Assembly: GCA_051294375.1 (NCBI GenBank)
Contig: CM119270.1
Coordinates: 20,005,160-20,069,159 of the forward strand
Length of the DNA: 64,000 nt
Source: Paraspadella gotoi
Lineage: Eukaryota; Animalia; Chaetognatha
Direction of reading: 5' to 3'
Part shown: in pieces, positions 11,299 through 24,280 of the stretch
How the letters are laid out: each line of letters begins with the position of its first letter
How positions within the stretch are numbered: the stretch's first letter is position 1
The notes under the pieces: generated by a model
Told to the model about the DNA's origin: nothing
The model's database searches: none
What the model saw: the letters and a program-made list of their open reading frames with translations, nothing else
Position numbers and translations under genes: made by a program

Positions 11299-14200
11299 AT
11301 GCCGCCGCTCAAGGAAGAGATGGCGAAAGAGGATGGAGTAGAAGACTCCGCCTGCCCTCAGGTTCGGTTCGTTGTTGTTGTTGTTGTGACAGTTTTATAT
11401 TGCTTTCTAATATATTTATGAAAGTCTTGTATAATTGTCATTCATTCATTCCTTAGAAATGTAGTTATCTTTTTTTTATTACTGTATTTATTTGGTTCGT
11501 TTGTTTATTTCATTTGTGATTTGATTTGATTGGTCGTTTTTTTATTTATTTTTTTATTCTTATCCTTTTATTTTTTTTTCTCTTTGTTTTTTTTCTCATT
11601 TATTAATTTGATAATTTCTTCATTTGTTTATATGTTTACTTGTCTATTCTTATTTGTTTATTTATTTCTTAATTCATTTATTTATAATCGTTCATTTGTT
11701 TAAGTGCGGGGACGGATTTCGACAGGACGAACAACTCGTAAATTGTGGCGGCGAAACTTGGCACAGACTTTGCTTTGTATGTGCACAGTGTTTTCAGGTG
11801 AGATGGGGATCATATCATTACTGGTTGCACTTGGGCTCAGTGTTTTCAGGTGAGAACTGGATCTCAGGTTGCATGTACGCACTGTGTCATTGCTCGTTGA
11901 GTTACGTACGGTCAGGCAAGACTCAATTATCATAAGAGATTTTTATGTTATTTACTTATTTGTCTTTGTTAAGAGTTTATTGTTTATTATTTATTATTTA
12001 TTCATTTTATTATTATTTATTTATTTATTTATTTATTTATTATTATTTATTTATATATTTATTATTATTTATTTTAAGAGTTTATTGTCGATGCCGACAT
12101 TAACAATATTCAATTTATGCTTTTTATCATTATACGTAATCATAACCAACATTTAACTGATGAAATGAAATTGATACAACATAGAAATTATCCATTCATT
12201 ATGATTTTGCACAGGTTATGGTGGGCAAGCTTTCAATAGAAACTTTCTTACAGTCTAGTTTATTCACTCCCAAAATACCTGGCTTCCCTATCAATGAATT
12301 GGAATAACGTTACAAACAATGTTTTAATTGTATAAAAGGATAAGACGCGATGTACAGTCTCGTAGAATAAACTTATGGCAGTTAAAGGCGTGCCAAAATT
12401 AACTTAATTAATAATAAAGGGACGCATTCCGCAATCTATTTCAATGGCCCATTGAATAAACTTCTCATCTGCGTAAAAAAAATTTTTAAAAAAAATCTTC
12501 CAGCTGTATCACACACGGAGACATTTTCTTATTGTCCAAATAACGAAATTCTTTCAAATCACAAATTTTCTCGGCATTCTGATTTGGCCCCTGAAAAGAG
12601 TCACGTGACATACCAATTTTGTGTTTTTATCCATTTACTCCAGTAGTAGTTAAAATAGATAATTAAATCATGTAATTCATGTGCCAAAATGTTGTATTTC
12701 AAATTTATATTATTTTTTAACAGAAAAAAAATGCAATAAGATAACAAGAAAAATATTTCAAAATATAATAAAAAAACAAAATAATTGGCATATTTTTATA
12801 TTCGCAGACCCGGATTTTGCGGTCAGTTATTTTTTTTTTCGGTTTCTATGAGCAACTTAAAATCGATAAAGAGATACTGGTAAGGGTAAAAAAACTTTTA
12901 TTACAAATCCCTTAACCACCCTTAATCCCTAACCAACCTTAACCCAATGCTAACCGTTTAAAACAAATATTAACAAAATATGTTTTCCTTTCTTTTCCTT
13001 GGTTTGTTTACGTTACAACAAGGTTTTATTAAGAAACAAATTCGTACATGTTTGGCCTTCAATGTAAACTTTTATCAGCGGCAAAAACGAATTGATTTGT
13101 GAAACATATATTTTCACAGGACTTTAAATGTTGAAGGAAATATGAGAGAGAAAAAAGAGTTATGAAAATTATTGTTTCCCAATCAATTCGTTTTTTTTGC
13201 CGCCTGATGAAAGCTCTACATTTAAAGCTGAAACATGTCCGAAATTTGTTTCTTTATAAAACTCGTACTATAAACAATCATTTTCTACCTCAAATATAAA
13301 AAAAAGGCAATGTAATGATTTCCTTTCTTTTCGTTTATTTCCGAAAAAAAAAAAAACCGATTAAAAATAAATTTTAAAAAAAATTATTATTATATCATTC
13401 GTTTGCACTGCCTCTGCTTTTAGACTTATATTACAAGTGGTTGACGATCGAGCGTTTCAAAAAGTTGGTTTATTTATTTGAAATTAAAAAAAACAGGCAG
13501 AGTGACATAAAAACATTTCCAAAGTTTGTAAAAAACAGATCCAAATAAACATTAAAATTTCGGGTTAAAAGGTAAATAAACGGCTATTAAAAACCGTTTC
13601 AACGTCTGTAATCTTTGAGACAAACTTGAAGATATAACAAACATTTCAAATCAAACGTTTATCTAAAATAACCCAGATTAAACTTTTGTTTCACGAAAAT
13701 ATTAAACATGACCATAACCTGAGTTAGCATAAATGCGTCAGAGGAAAGAGAAAAAAAAAAGACTACAGTTTTTCTCGAACTTATTTTTTTTTCACGTTGG
13801 AATTCGCTGACGGTCTATGACGCACGATATGTCGTCAGGTGTGACGATGCCAAAGTTGACAAGGACAAGCAGAGAGCGATCTCTGCGGTCAAGCGATCCG
13901 AAACTCCCCAATCCCAATCGCATTTACATCGCGTGCCGTCGTCGAAGAGGGGAATTTGATGCGACTCCTCTAAAAAAGTTTAAAATATGTTCTTGAGGCA
14001 ATTTCCTTTAAGATATCTTATTTTTCAATCTAAATATTTTTTTTTTAAGAGAAAACAATGTTGGTAGAGAGCAGAGAGGGACAGGGGAGAGGTGAGAGAG
14101 ATTGTAAAGTTTCTCTCCCTCTCTTTCTTTTAATTAAGGATACTGGTAATAAAGTACAACCTAAAATACTAAAATATAACCTTATATATTATTTCAAAGC

Positions 14201-17200
14201 TATTCAAAGCATATTCAAAAAAACATCTACATACTACTACTACCTTTTCTCTCTTCGGTTTTCTGTAACTTTTTTGGTCATCGGAATATCGATTTGTCCA
14301 GAATGAGCGGCGGGAAAGTTGTGAAGTTCCCGGTAACGTTAAAAGAAATTAATTCCTTTTTCTGCGGAGGAATTTCCCGGCCAGGGCGCACCCACCAACC
14401 TCTTCCTATAAAATATACCCAATTAATTTTTAAAGTTAGCGTTTTAAATTTTATGAAATATCTTTTATTTCACGCCGCAAATTTTACGCTTCAAATTGTT
14501 GCCCGTCCACAGAAAAAGTGGAATAAACACGAGTTAAGAAAGATTAATCACTTTATTTATTAACATTAAAATGCCAATTATATATACCCTCATCAAACTA
14601 CACGGGACGCGGTAACATTCTTGAGCACTATATTTGTGTGTTCTCTTTCGTTATCGTGCATTTTTCTGAGGAGGAAAGAATCCGAGAAAGAAAAAGTAAA
14701 AATGTCGCCGAAAACGAACGGATCGCCAAGAGCAAAATCTGATAATATTTTCTCATTCAACTTTACATTTAAAAATCCGGTCATTGATCTTTCGAAAAAC
14801 GCACAATCACGCAACGAGATTGTACAAGTTTAATTATAATTTCTTTACATAATAAAATTAGTTTTACCTGAAGTAGCCAAAAACGTTGAAGATCAGAGGA
14901 GATTGCAACGGGAACTCGAGCCGCTTCTTGAGTTTACGTGTTTCTTAATTTTTTTAAATGTTTTTTATTACCGCCGCAAAGTATAAATTTGTTTTTAAAT
15001 GGAGTTAAAGATTTTAAAAAAATTTTTTTTCAAAATAAAAACTATTTTCGGATTTCAGAAAATTTTTCTTCAACAGCTGTCTTAATTCTAAAATGATTTT
15101 TATTGCGTTATTTTCCTTTTTTCGAACTCCCTCAGGCAATCATATTGCGTTATTTTTGGTCACCCGGTGAACCGGCGGCAAATTTTAATTCCAAATCTTC
15201 TAGATGAAATGTTCGACCGAAATTCTGTAATATATTAAAGCTTCCGTGGGCATAAACTATCGCAATAATTTTAAATGTTTTTTCCATTTTTTTTTTTCAT
15301 AATATTCTATACGGGTCCACATGAATTAAGATTGCAGAATTTGCTTATTTTGACTTATTCCGCCTTACTATGCAGTTAAAAAAAAAATTTCATTATTGAT
15401 TTTTTCATTTTTACTGTTTCTCATCCTAGGTCATTACTCCGTGAATGTTATGTATAAAAATTAATGCAAAATCTTTTAATGCTCTCAAGATACAGTTAAA
15501 TACATAAATGCCGTCAGAATTCAAACTAAAAAGAAGATTGGTTTATTCTATAATGTGTGAACAACATATCTCTTAAAAAACAATGCAGTCAGAATCTCCT
15601 TTGTTTAAGCTGTCGTTTGATATCAAAAACTTTAATATTTTGTCTGTCCATCTGTCTGTCTGTCCATCTTTTCTCCCCGTAACCTTTAAAGTCTTATTAC
15701 TTATGTTTGGATAAATCAATTGAGTTGAAATTTTGTCCGTGATTAAAAAACTAGTTCATTGAGCTGGAATTCAAGTTTCAACGGAATCAGGCTAGTGGAA
15801 GTAGGTTTAATTAAAAAAAGTAAAGATCAATTTTAGTTTATTAATTTAATTAATATTTTTTATCGCTCTGCGTTTGCAATGATTTTGCTGTGGTTTCGCA
15901 CATAAATGGCGTCGTCGTCGTTGTTGTTGTATTTATCTGTATATATATATCATCATCGAGGTCTTTGAAATCGGGTCATATTAATTATTTGGCTAATTGA
16001 TTAAATAATTAACTTTGAATAAATTAATTATTAATTAATTAAATAATTAATTATTTTGAATTAATTATTAATTAATTAATTAATTAATTATTAATAATTA
16101 ATTATTAATTAATTAATTAATTAATAATTAATTAATTATATTAATTAATTAATTACCGAAAATGACTGTGGGCAGATCCGACTTGAAATACAAGATGTAT
16201 TAAATTAATTAAATAATTAATCAGTTAATTAATCAATTAATTAATCAATAATTAATTAATCAGTCAATTATTTAATTTATGTTCAATGAATCAATTTTAT
16301 TTATCTATTAATTAATTATTTAATCAATTCAATCAAGTCACATTCAATATCTTTCTTATTCTGATGTCTCCTGGTTACAAAAAAAAAATATTTGTGGTAG
16401 CCTTCGAACGTGCAACCTTCGCAACTTAAACAACAATCAGAATTCTCTCTCTTACTTTTATTTGCCTCTTTAGCTCTCACTCTTTGCCTCACTCTCTTTC
16501 TGTCGCTTTTTCTTTGTTTTTGCATCAATTTTATAACTTTTACTCACTTACTCAGCCTGTTATTGTCATAAACATGTCAAATTCACCTTTCCATTTCTTT
16601 TGTTAATATTGACAATAATTATCATTTTCTATAATTATAGTATTTGATACATTAAAAAATAATTCCTATCAATGTTATAAGGAGGAAAGAAAACTTTATT
16701 AATTTTTTTTAATATAAAAAAAACATTACAGTATTATTATTAAAAGTAATGATTTCATAAAAATTAATAGCAAATGATCACAAATAACATAAGATAAGAA
16801 AAACTGTCCTCCATATCCCTCTTGAATTACTTATGGAAAACATAAAAGAAAAAAAAAAAAAAATTTAAAAAAAACTTTTTCAGACCATGCTCACGAAGAA
16901 TTATAATTTTGCATAAAAAATAAATAAATCAAAAAAAATAAAAAAACATCAGATTGTGACAAAATCGATTGGGAAAAATCTGATTTTTTTTCAAAATTGC
17001 AAAATTATTTCTCAAGTTCCTTATTTATAATTCTCCATGAGACAAATGTTTTTTTCAAAAATTTTAAATATTTTTCACTTTTTTAATTAATTATTAAAAA
17101 TCATTAGCTATAAAATATTTTTATAAAAAATTTATACCTAAAGTTCTAAGAAGATGCTTTTCCCAAAAAATGTCTCTTAGATCTTTCTTTAAAACGCCAA

Positions 17201-20200
17201 ACAAGTCACAGCCACAAAATGAATACAAAAACTAGAAAAAAGCAATATTGTTTTGTCATTCTGATTTAGAGATATTTGGTTGATTGTTATGCCTTAAATT
17301 TCCTTTAAATGAAAAAATAATAGGTTAAAGAGATAGCTCTTGATCTCTAGTAGTAAATTGAGTTTGAATATAATTTTTTTTAATGAACAAGTTTAACCCA
17401 GATCAATTACAATAACGATGGAGTAAAATTTTGTCACCGTTTTAAGTTACTTTTAGCCTGATTTTTTACCATATTTCGATTATCTTTGCGATCTTACTGA
17501 TAAAAAACAGTCATGGTAAAAAGAGCCTATGTTCGTTTGAATTTAAGGCATATGTTAGTAATCAGACAGAGTAAAAATTTTGGTCACAAGGTAAAAAAAT
17601 TTTGCATGAGAATAGCGTGAATAAGTTTTTCCACGAGACTGTGCACTAAGGGTGCGGTATGAATTGAAGTGATTGAACATTATTTTTTGCCCTGCCTATG
17701 GACATATAATTAATGAATTTTAATCTTTTTAAAAATTTTTTAGCATAAACGAGTATTAGCAAATTTCAATTATTTATGTAGTTAATATCCTTATAAAATC
17801 CGTCCAAATTTTCAAAATAATTCTTTTTTTATTTTAAGAACTGATTTGGATTCGCTGCTAAAAAACTAAGAAACTGTTCATATGATATTTTAATGGGTTA
17901 GATCCCCACAAAAAATGACTAAAAACGTTTTAGATAATAAGTTTCTACTACAGAGAATAAAAAAATCAGAATTTTCACCTTTTTTCTTATTTTAAACATT
18001 GAAGCATGACAGAATTTTTGATAACATGTTTTATATTTTTGCATTTCAACTTTTTATGAAGGAATCTGAATCTTTAATTAAAAGTTTTATAAAATTATTT
18101 TTAAAAGTTTACTATTTTATAAGGATATTACTACAAATATATTATATATTTACTATTCTGTTCCCGAGATCAATTATGAAACAAAAAATATTTTTTGTAC
18201 TAGTTTAATCATACTATCTCACAAATCTAAATATCAATTGTTCGATCATTCAAATAATTTTTTTGTTTTCTTGAGTGCCTCCACTCTTACTGTGCACCGC
18301 GAATAACTCTCTTAATTATTAGATTTGGGAATACCGTATTGTACAACGCATTATAATCATTATAGGTATATATACAATGTATGTATATATATATTTCTTC
18401 ATAATCCTTTCCATCTCAGTTTTCCTCCATTTCTCTTTTCGTTTTATTTTCCATCAACGATATTTATTCTGTTTCTTTTTCAACGTTTTTACGACATAAC
18501 TTGATCCCACTGTATCCATCTTCGAATTTACACTGGGAACGGCTCATGTTTATTCGCCAGTTAGACCCAGCCTTTTATCCCTTCCTTTCTTTTATCCCTT
18601 CCTTTCTTTTATCCCTTCCTTTCTTTCTATTATTTTTCCTTTCTTTTTTTTATGTTGAATTCTTTTTTATTTTCTTTGTTTATTTATTTTCTTCTCCCTT
18701 CCTCTCTTTTTCTTCTTCTCTTCGTATTTTACTTGTTTTCATTCATCTTTTCCAGTCTTCCTTTTATCCTCTCCTTTTTCTCCTCTCTTTTTCTCTTTCG
18801 TTTTTTTCTTTTCCTCTCTTAATCGTTTCCTTTCTATCTCATTCTTTTCTTATTTTCCTCTTCTCTTCTTTTTCTCTGTCCTATCTTTTTTTCTTCTCTT
18901 GCTCTCTTTCTTTTCTTCTTTCCCTATTTTTCTTCTCCTCTCTCTCACTCTTCTTTTTCCTCTCTTCCTCTCTTTCTTTTCTTTTCTTCCTCGTCCTCTT
19001 TTTCTCCTTTCCTCTCGTTTTTTTCCTTTCTCTTTTCCCCTCTTTTTATTATCTCTCCCTCTCTTTATTATTTTTTCTCTCTCCCCGTTATCTTTCCTTC
19101 CTCTCTGTTTTCGTCGGGCTTCCGCGTTTTGTTATTATTACTTTTTCTTTCTTTCTTATTCTCTTGAATGTAATGTTTTCGTTGGCAATATTAATGTTAA
19201 TATTAATATTAATGTTTTTCTTTCACGTTTTACGTATAAAAGAGATTGTTGTTTCTGTATTGAAATACAATTTTCCAACATTAACGAGGTTAATGCTTTC
19301 CTTTCCTTTCCTTTCCTTTCCTTTCCTTTCCTTTCCTTTCCTTTCCTTTCCTTTCCTTTCTCTTTATTTTCTTTATGTTTCTTTCTTTCCCCCCTTTTTC
19401 CTCCCTCACGCTCCCGCCAAGCTCAGGCAATATTCTTTTGTTTTGTTTTTCATTCCCCAAACGCCCGCTGTTCTCCGACGGCGCTTCGGTCTTTGTTGTC
19501 CTTCCTCTCTTTTTTTTCTCTTTTCTCTCTTCGGTTTTTCGGGTTTTCCTTGTTTATTCTCACCTCATAAACTGCGATGCCCTTTTGTCGTCGCGACTTT
19601 AAACTGACGGAGGAAAGGAGAGACCCTAGCGGCGGAAAGAATAATGAGGGGAAGGTTTCTCTTTTTTGTCTGGTTATGAAAGTCGGAGATACTTTTATTG
19701 CGCTCTATCTCTGCTCTCACTCTCCTCTCTCTCTCTCGTCTCTCTCTCTTCTCTTATCCCTACCCTTTCCCTCCATCCGTCACGATTCCTTTTCTCCCAC
19801 CTCCTCCTCCTCTTCCTCCTCCCTCTTCCTCCCCCGTCCCCTCCCCCACCCCAGCCCTTCAAAGATGGCCATCTTCTACGAATACGATTCCCGCAAATAT
19901 TGCGAACACGACTTCCAAGTTCTTTTCGCTCCTTGTTGCGTCAAATGCAAGAACTTCGTCGTTGGTCGAGTCATCAAAGCGATGAACGGATGTTGGCATC
20001 CGGATTGCTTCACTTGTGAATCTTGCGCGGGTGAGGAAATGAGTGGGATTGAGAAGGGGTTTAGGTGGGGTCTAGAGGGGGTGGGGTAGCTGGGACATTT
20101 CGGGGTGAGAGAGAAGGGTGCAAATGTGTAAAGAGGGGGCAAAAAAGGAGAAATGGGGTCAGTCAGTGTGTATCGGGAACGATCTCCAACGGACCCTTCC

Positions 20201-20966
20201 CTGCGGGCAGCGTGAGAACGATTGTCAACCGCCTCATGGGTTAGGAAAACTGGTGAGAAGCCCGATACCCGTTCCATTGCTGCCGAGGAGAAACAGAAAA
20301 TAATGACTCGGTAAGGAATGTGAAAGAACGAGATGAAATTTTAAAACGGAAAACAAAGGTAAGTAGAAAAGGGAAAGGTGAGGTTATTTTGATCAGGAAT
20401 ATGGGATAGATTCCGCAAATATGGAATCGCAATTGAACGAAGTTCTGATGTAGGCGGGACGGAAAATGTATTTTGATGTAGGCAGAAAGGTCATTTTAAA
20501 TGAGGTTTGGAAGGAAATAGAAATCGTTATTATTCGCCGAAGATGTAAGTGTTGCGATATTAATAGAAACGGTCGCTTCGGCCTTGAAATTTTATGCGGA
20601 AGAGTTTGGCGCCAAAATTTAAAAACGCAAAATGTTATTTAAGAAAAAAAAAGTTTTAAAATCATCTTTAAGAATGAAATAAAAAAATAAGTTTATTAAT
20701 ATGCACGAACGAAATAATGAACTAACTTTTGAAAGAAAATGAGTATGTATATGAGTGAAAAAAAAATAACTTTATCCCTAACGATAAAATTCTTCATTCT
20801 TTTCTTTTTGGTCTTTTGTTTTTTGTTTTTTTTTAGGTCCTCTGGCGGATGAGGGATTCGTCCGCAACGCAGGACGCGCCCTCTGTCGCCAATGTCACAA
20901 CAAAGAGCGCGAGGCCGGCATTGGAAGGTGAACATCTCTCTCCATCTCTCCTCTCTCTCTGCCCAT

Positions 20967-21003
<37 letters not shown>

Positions 21004-21030
21004 TCTCTCTCTCATTTGATTTGATTTATA

Positions 21031-21082
<52 letters not shown>

Positions 21083-21224
21083 GTACATAATATCCCATGT
21101 ACGGCTCTCTTACGATCCTGTGATTGTAAATGTGTTTTATTAACATTATGAGCAGAATAAATCAATCAAATCAAATCAAATCTCTCTCTCTCTCATTCAT
21201 ATTGATTTGATATTACTCTCTTCT

Positions 21225-21263
<39 letters not shown>

Positions 21264-21319
21264 TCTCCTCTCTCTCATTTGATTTGATTTATACTCTGTC
21301 TCTCTCTCTGTCTCTCTCT

Positions 21320-21362
<43 letters not shown>

Positions 21363-21558
21363 ATTGATTTGATTTATAACACTCTCTTCTCTCTTTCTCT
21401 CTCTCTCTCTCTCTGCTCTCTCTCTCTCTCTGATTTTGATTTGACTTATACTCACCTCTCTGTCTTTCTCTCTCTCTCTCCTGTCTCTCTCATCTCTCTC
21501 TCTCTCTCATCTCTCTCTCTGATTTGATTTGATTTATACTCACCTCTCTCTCTGTCTT

Positions 21559-21619
<61 letters not shown>

Positions 21620-22153
21620 TCTCTCTCCTCTCTCCTCTCTCTTCTCTCTCTCTCTCTCTCTCTCTCTCCCACATCCACCTTTCCCCCAGACCCGCAACCA
21701 GATATCCCCTCTGCGAGGAAATGCCACCTGATGATCGACGAGCAAGCGATCAAGTTCCGCGGGGAGCCTTTCCATCCTTACCATTTCAACTGCTCCCACT
21801 GCGGAGTCGAACTTACCTCGGACGCCAGAGAGAGAGGGGATCAGTTGTTCTGTCTCAGATGTCACGATAAGGTAAGTGGGCGGATGATGACGAAGATGAT
21901 GATGATGATGACGATGATGACGATGATGATGATGATGATGATGGATGATGATGATTATGATGATGATGATGATGATGGTGATGAATGATGATGGATGATG
22001 ATGATAATGATGATGATTATGATGAAGAATGATGATGATGAAGATGATTATGAGCTAATATCATCATCCACCCTAGATTGCTACCCTAGATCGCTACCTC
22101 CACAACCACCATCAAACATAACGCCCACAGTCGATTTAAAAAAAGATAAACAG

Positions 22154-22196
<43 letters not shown>

Positions 22197-23814
22197 TACG
22201 ACGACGACGTTGACAAAAGCGACATCTCGTGGGCGATAATGAAAGCGAAGGAAGAAGCGAAGAGAAGGCGTGGGCGATGGGAGACGGGGGGGGTAAGGGG
22301 GGAGTCGATCGAGACGAAAGCGAAAACGATTTATGAATCGATAATAACGACGACGACGATAAAGACGACGACGACAACGACGACGACCAATTTGACGAGA
22401 CGCCAGCCGAAGTATCTCTTCCGGTTTCCGAATAGAAATATCAATACTTCTTTTTTTGTTTATTTCTTTAAAATATTTTATAGCTAATGTTTTGAATAGT
22501 TGAAATTAAAAAAGAATGACAAAATATAAAAATTAAAATTAAAAAAACATAAAAAAGAGCAAGAATTATAAAGATAGATACAAAATGTAAAAAATGCAAA
22601 GAAACATAAAATATAAAAAATATTAAAATATAAAAATATAAAAACAATTTCAAACACCTTTAGACTTTAAGAAGAAAGACCTCTATACCTTCCCCTCCCC
22701 TCTCCAACATCCTCCCCACAACCCATCAACCCCACAACCCCACAATCCCACAACCCCACTTACCCACTTACCCACGACCTCCTCAGATGGGCATCGCCAT
22801 CTGCGGCGCCTGTCGTCGCCCCATCGAGGACCGCGTCGTCAACGCCCTCGGCAAACAATGGCACGTGGACCACTTCGTCTGCGCCAAGTGTGAAAAGCCT
22901 TTTCTTGGTTCACGACATTACGAGAAGAAAGGGCAAGCCTATTGTGAGACTCACTATCAGCAGGTGAAAAAAAATGGGGCAGGTCTGTTGTGTGACTTAT
23001 TTTCGGCTGGTGAGAGAGATAAAAATTGCCATAAAAGTGGTCAATGTTTAATGAGGAGAAGAGTTAAAGGTGAATGAATGCAAATGACTGCAAATGAAAT
23101 GCGTGAATATTATATCGGTGGGCGAAAAGCGAGTGTAGTATTTTGTTAGGCGATTTCGGCACTATTTTTTGAAAGCGCCTCATTTCTGATCCTTTCAACC
23201 TTAAACTTAATTCTTAAACTTAATCATTTGCTAAATCCTTTTATCTCCTCCTGTAACCAAACATANNNNNNNNNNAACCTTAAACTTAATTTCAACCTTA
23301 ATTCTTAAACTTAATCATTTGCTAAATCCTTTTATATCCTCCTGGAACTCAACATAATCCCTAATCTAACATTTTGATTTACTGTTTAATTTAATGTTTA
23401 AATGTTTAAATATAGAAATTACTTGATCAACCCTCTAAGGACATTTCAAAATTAAACTTTCGTTATCTTCTTCAGTTATTCGGCAACATTTGCTTCGTGT
23501 GCAACATCGTCATATCCGGCGACGTGTTCAGTGCTTTGAACAAATCCTGGTGCGGACAAAAGTCAATTTTGATCGTATTACTTGCGCTCTTAACTTTTCA
23601 TTTTTCGATAATAATCCTCTTCAGGTGTGCCGGTCACTTTTCCTGCAGCACGTGCAACGTTCACATGGACAAAAAGTCGAAATTCTACGATCTGGACTTG
23701 AAGCCCGTTTGCAAACGATGTCACGATAAATTCCCGGACGAGTTGAGGAAACGAATGAAAAAGTCTTACGAGAGATCCGCTGGAACGAAAGCGGCGCTCA
23801 AGAGCAAGAGTTGA
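11299..23814 (+). CDS. LIMS1: PINCH / LIM and senescent cell antigen-like protein (five LIM domains; integrin-ILK-parvin adaptor)
   Basis: Exons 11299-11361 (..SACPQ), 11705-11797 ([18 protein letters not shown]), 19855-20030 ([38 protein letters not shown]), 20837-20927 ([22 protein letters not shown]), ~21702-21871 ([20 protein letters not shown]), 22787-22963 ([41 protein letters not shown]), 23476-23549 and 23625-23814. Colinear with PINCH; GT-AG introns; small indels in exons 3 and 5. Confidence 0.95.
12212..12338. repeat. dispersed repeat fragment, also at ~30654-30775 (inverted) and ~38228-38280
   Basis: Shared core TATTCACTCCCARARTACYTGKCTTCCCWATCAATGAA in three introns. Confidence 0.75.
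13204..13239 (+). ncRNA. minimal hammerhead ribozyme-like motif (Penelope-type)
   Basis: CTGATGA-A-AGCT-ctacatttaa-AGCT-GAAA-CAT-GTC. A decayed inverted copy lies in 13023-13117. Stem I is not evident. Confidence 0.5.
15980..16320. repeat. AT-only (TTAA/TAAT)n low-complexity tract
   Basis: Long runs of self-complementary ttaattaa. Confidence 0.8.
20935..21670. repeat. compound (CT)n / CATTTGATTTGATTTATA minisatellite filling PINCH intron 4
   Basis: About five to six recurrences of (ct)n followed by ttgatttgatttatactc. Confidence 0.75.
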
Positions 23815-24206
23815 GCGAGAAAGATCAACAAAAGAACAACGCCGAGTGGCTTAAGAAATTCCTATTTTTTGACGCTACTAATATTAAAGTTAATCGGTAC
23901 GGTTTAACATGTTTTACCATTTTAAGCCTTATAGTCAAATTACAAGTTAATTGATATTTCTGCTTTCAATTTTTAAAGCAAAACTCAGATTTAACCTTAA
24001 AATTATATAATATGTCGAATAAATATAACAAATCATTAATTACAAGATAGTCTACAAAGAACCTTACCAAACATTACCAAACCTTACCATTTTTAATCAA
24101 TTTGCCTTTGAACAATTGATTAATTTCGTGTTTTTTTTTCTTCTGGAAAACAACTGACGGCGTTCCATTTTTTCTCTCTTTTGTTTTTTTGCCGCTTTTT
24201 ATTCTT

Positions 24207-24230
24207 GCCGCCATTTTCGCCCTCTAGCGG
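24207..24230. promoter_or_regulatory. adjacent YY1-like (GCCGCCATTT) and CTCF-like (CCGCTAGAGGGCG, minus strand) motifs about 50-75 bp upstream of the BTB-ZF start codon
   Basis: Direct match to the known consensus motifs, downstream of an AATAAA near 24018 that could end the PINCH transcript. Confidence 0.5.
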
Positions 24231-24280
24231 GTTGTTAGGGAACGAGCTTCACTGTCGGGCGCTTCTGTTTCGGGAACTCG

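Larger units (their letters stand above)
12355..17641. mobile_element. putative non-autonomous TIR DNA transposon (Tc1/mariner-like ends) in PINCH intron 2
   Basis: Left TA|CAGTCTCGTAGAATAAACTTAT and right ATAAGTTTTTCCACGAGACTG|TG form a ~21-22 bp imperfect TIR. TSD is imperfect (TA/TG). No transposase ORF seen. Confidence 0.55.

Noticed and set aside
23197-23356. ~70-bp direct repeat in PINCH intron 6
   Set aside because: It flanks an N gap exactly, typical of an unmerged contig overlap.
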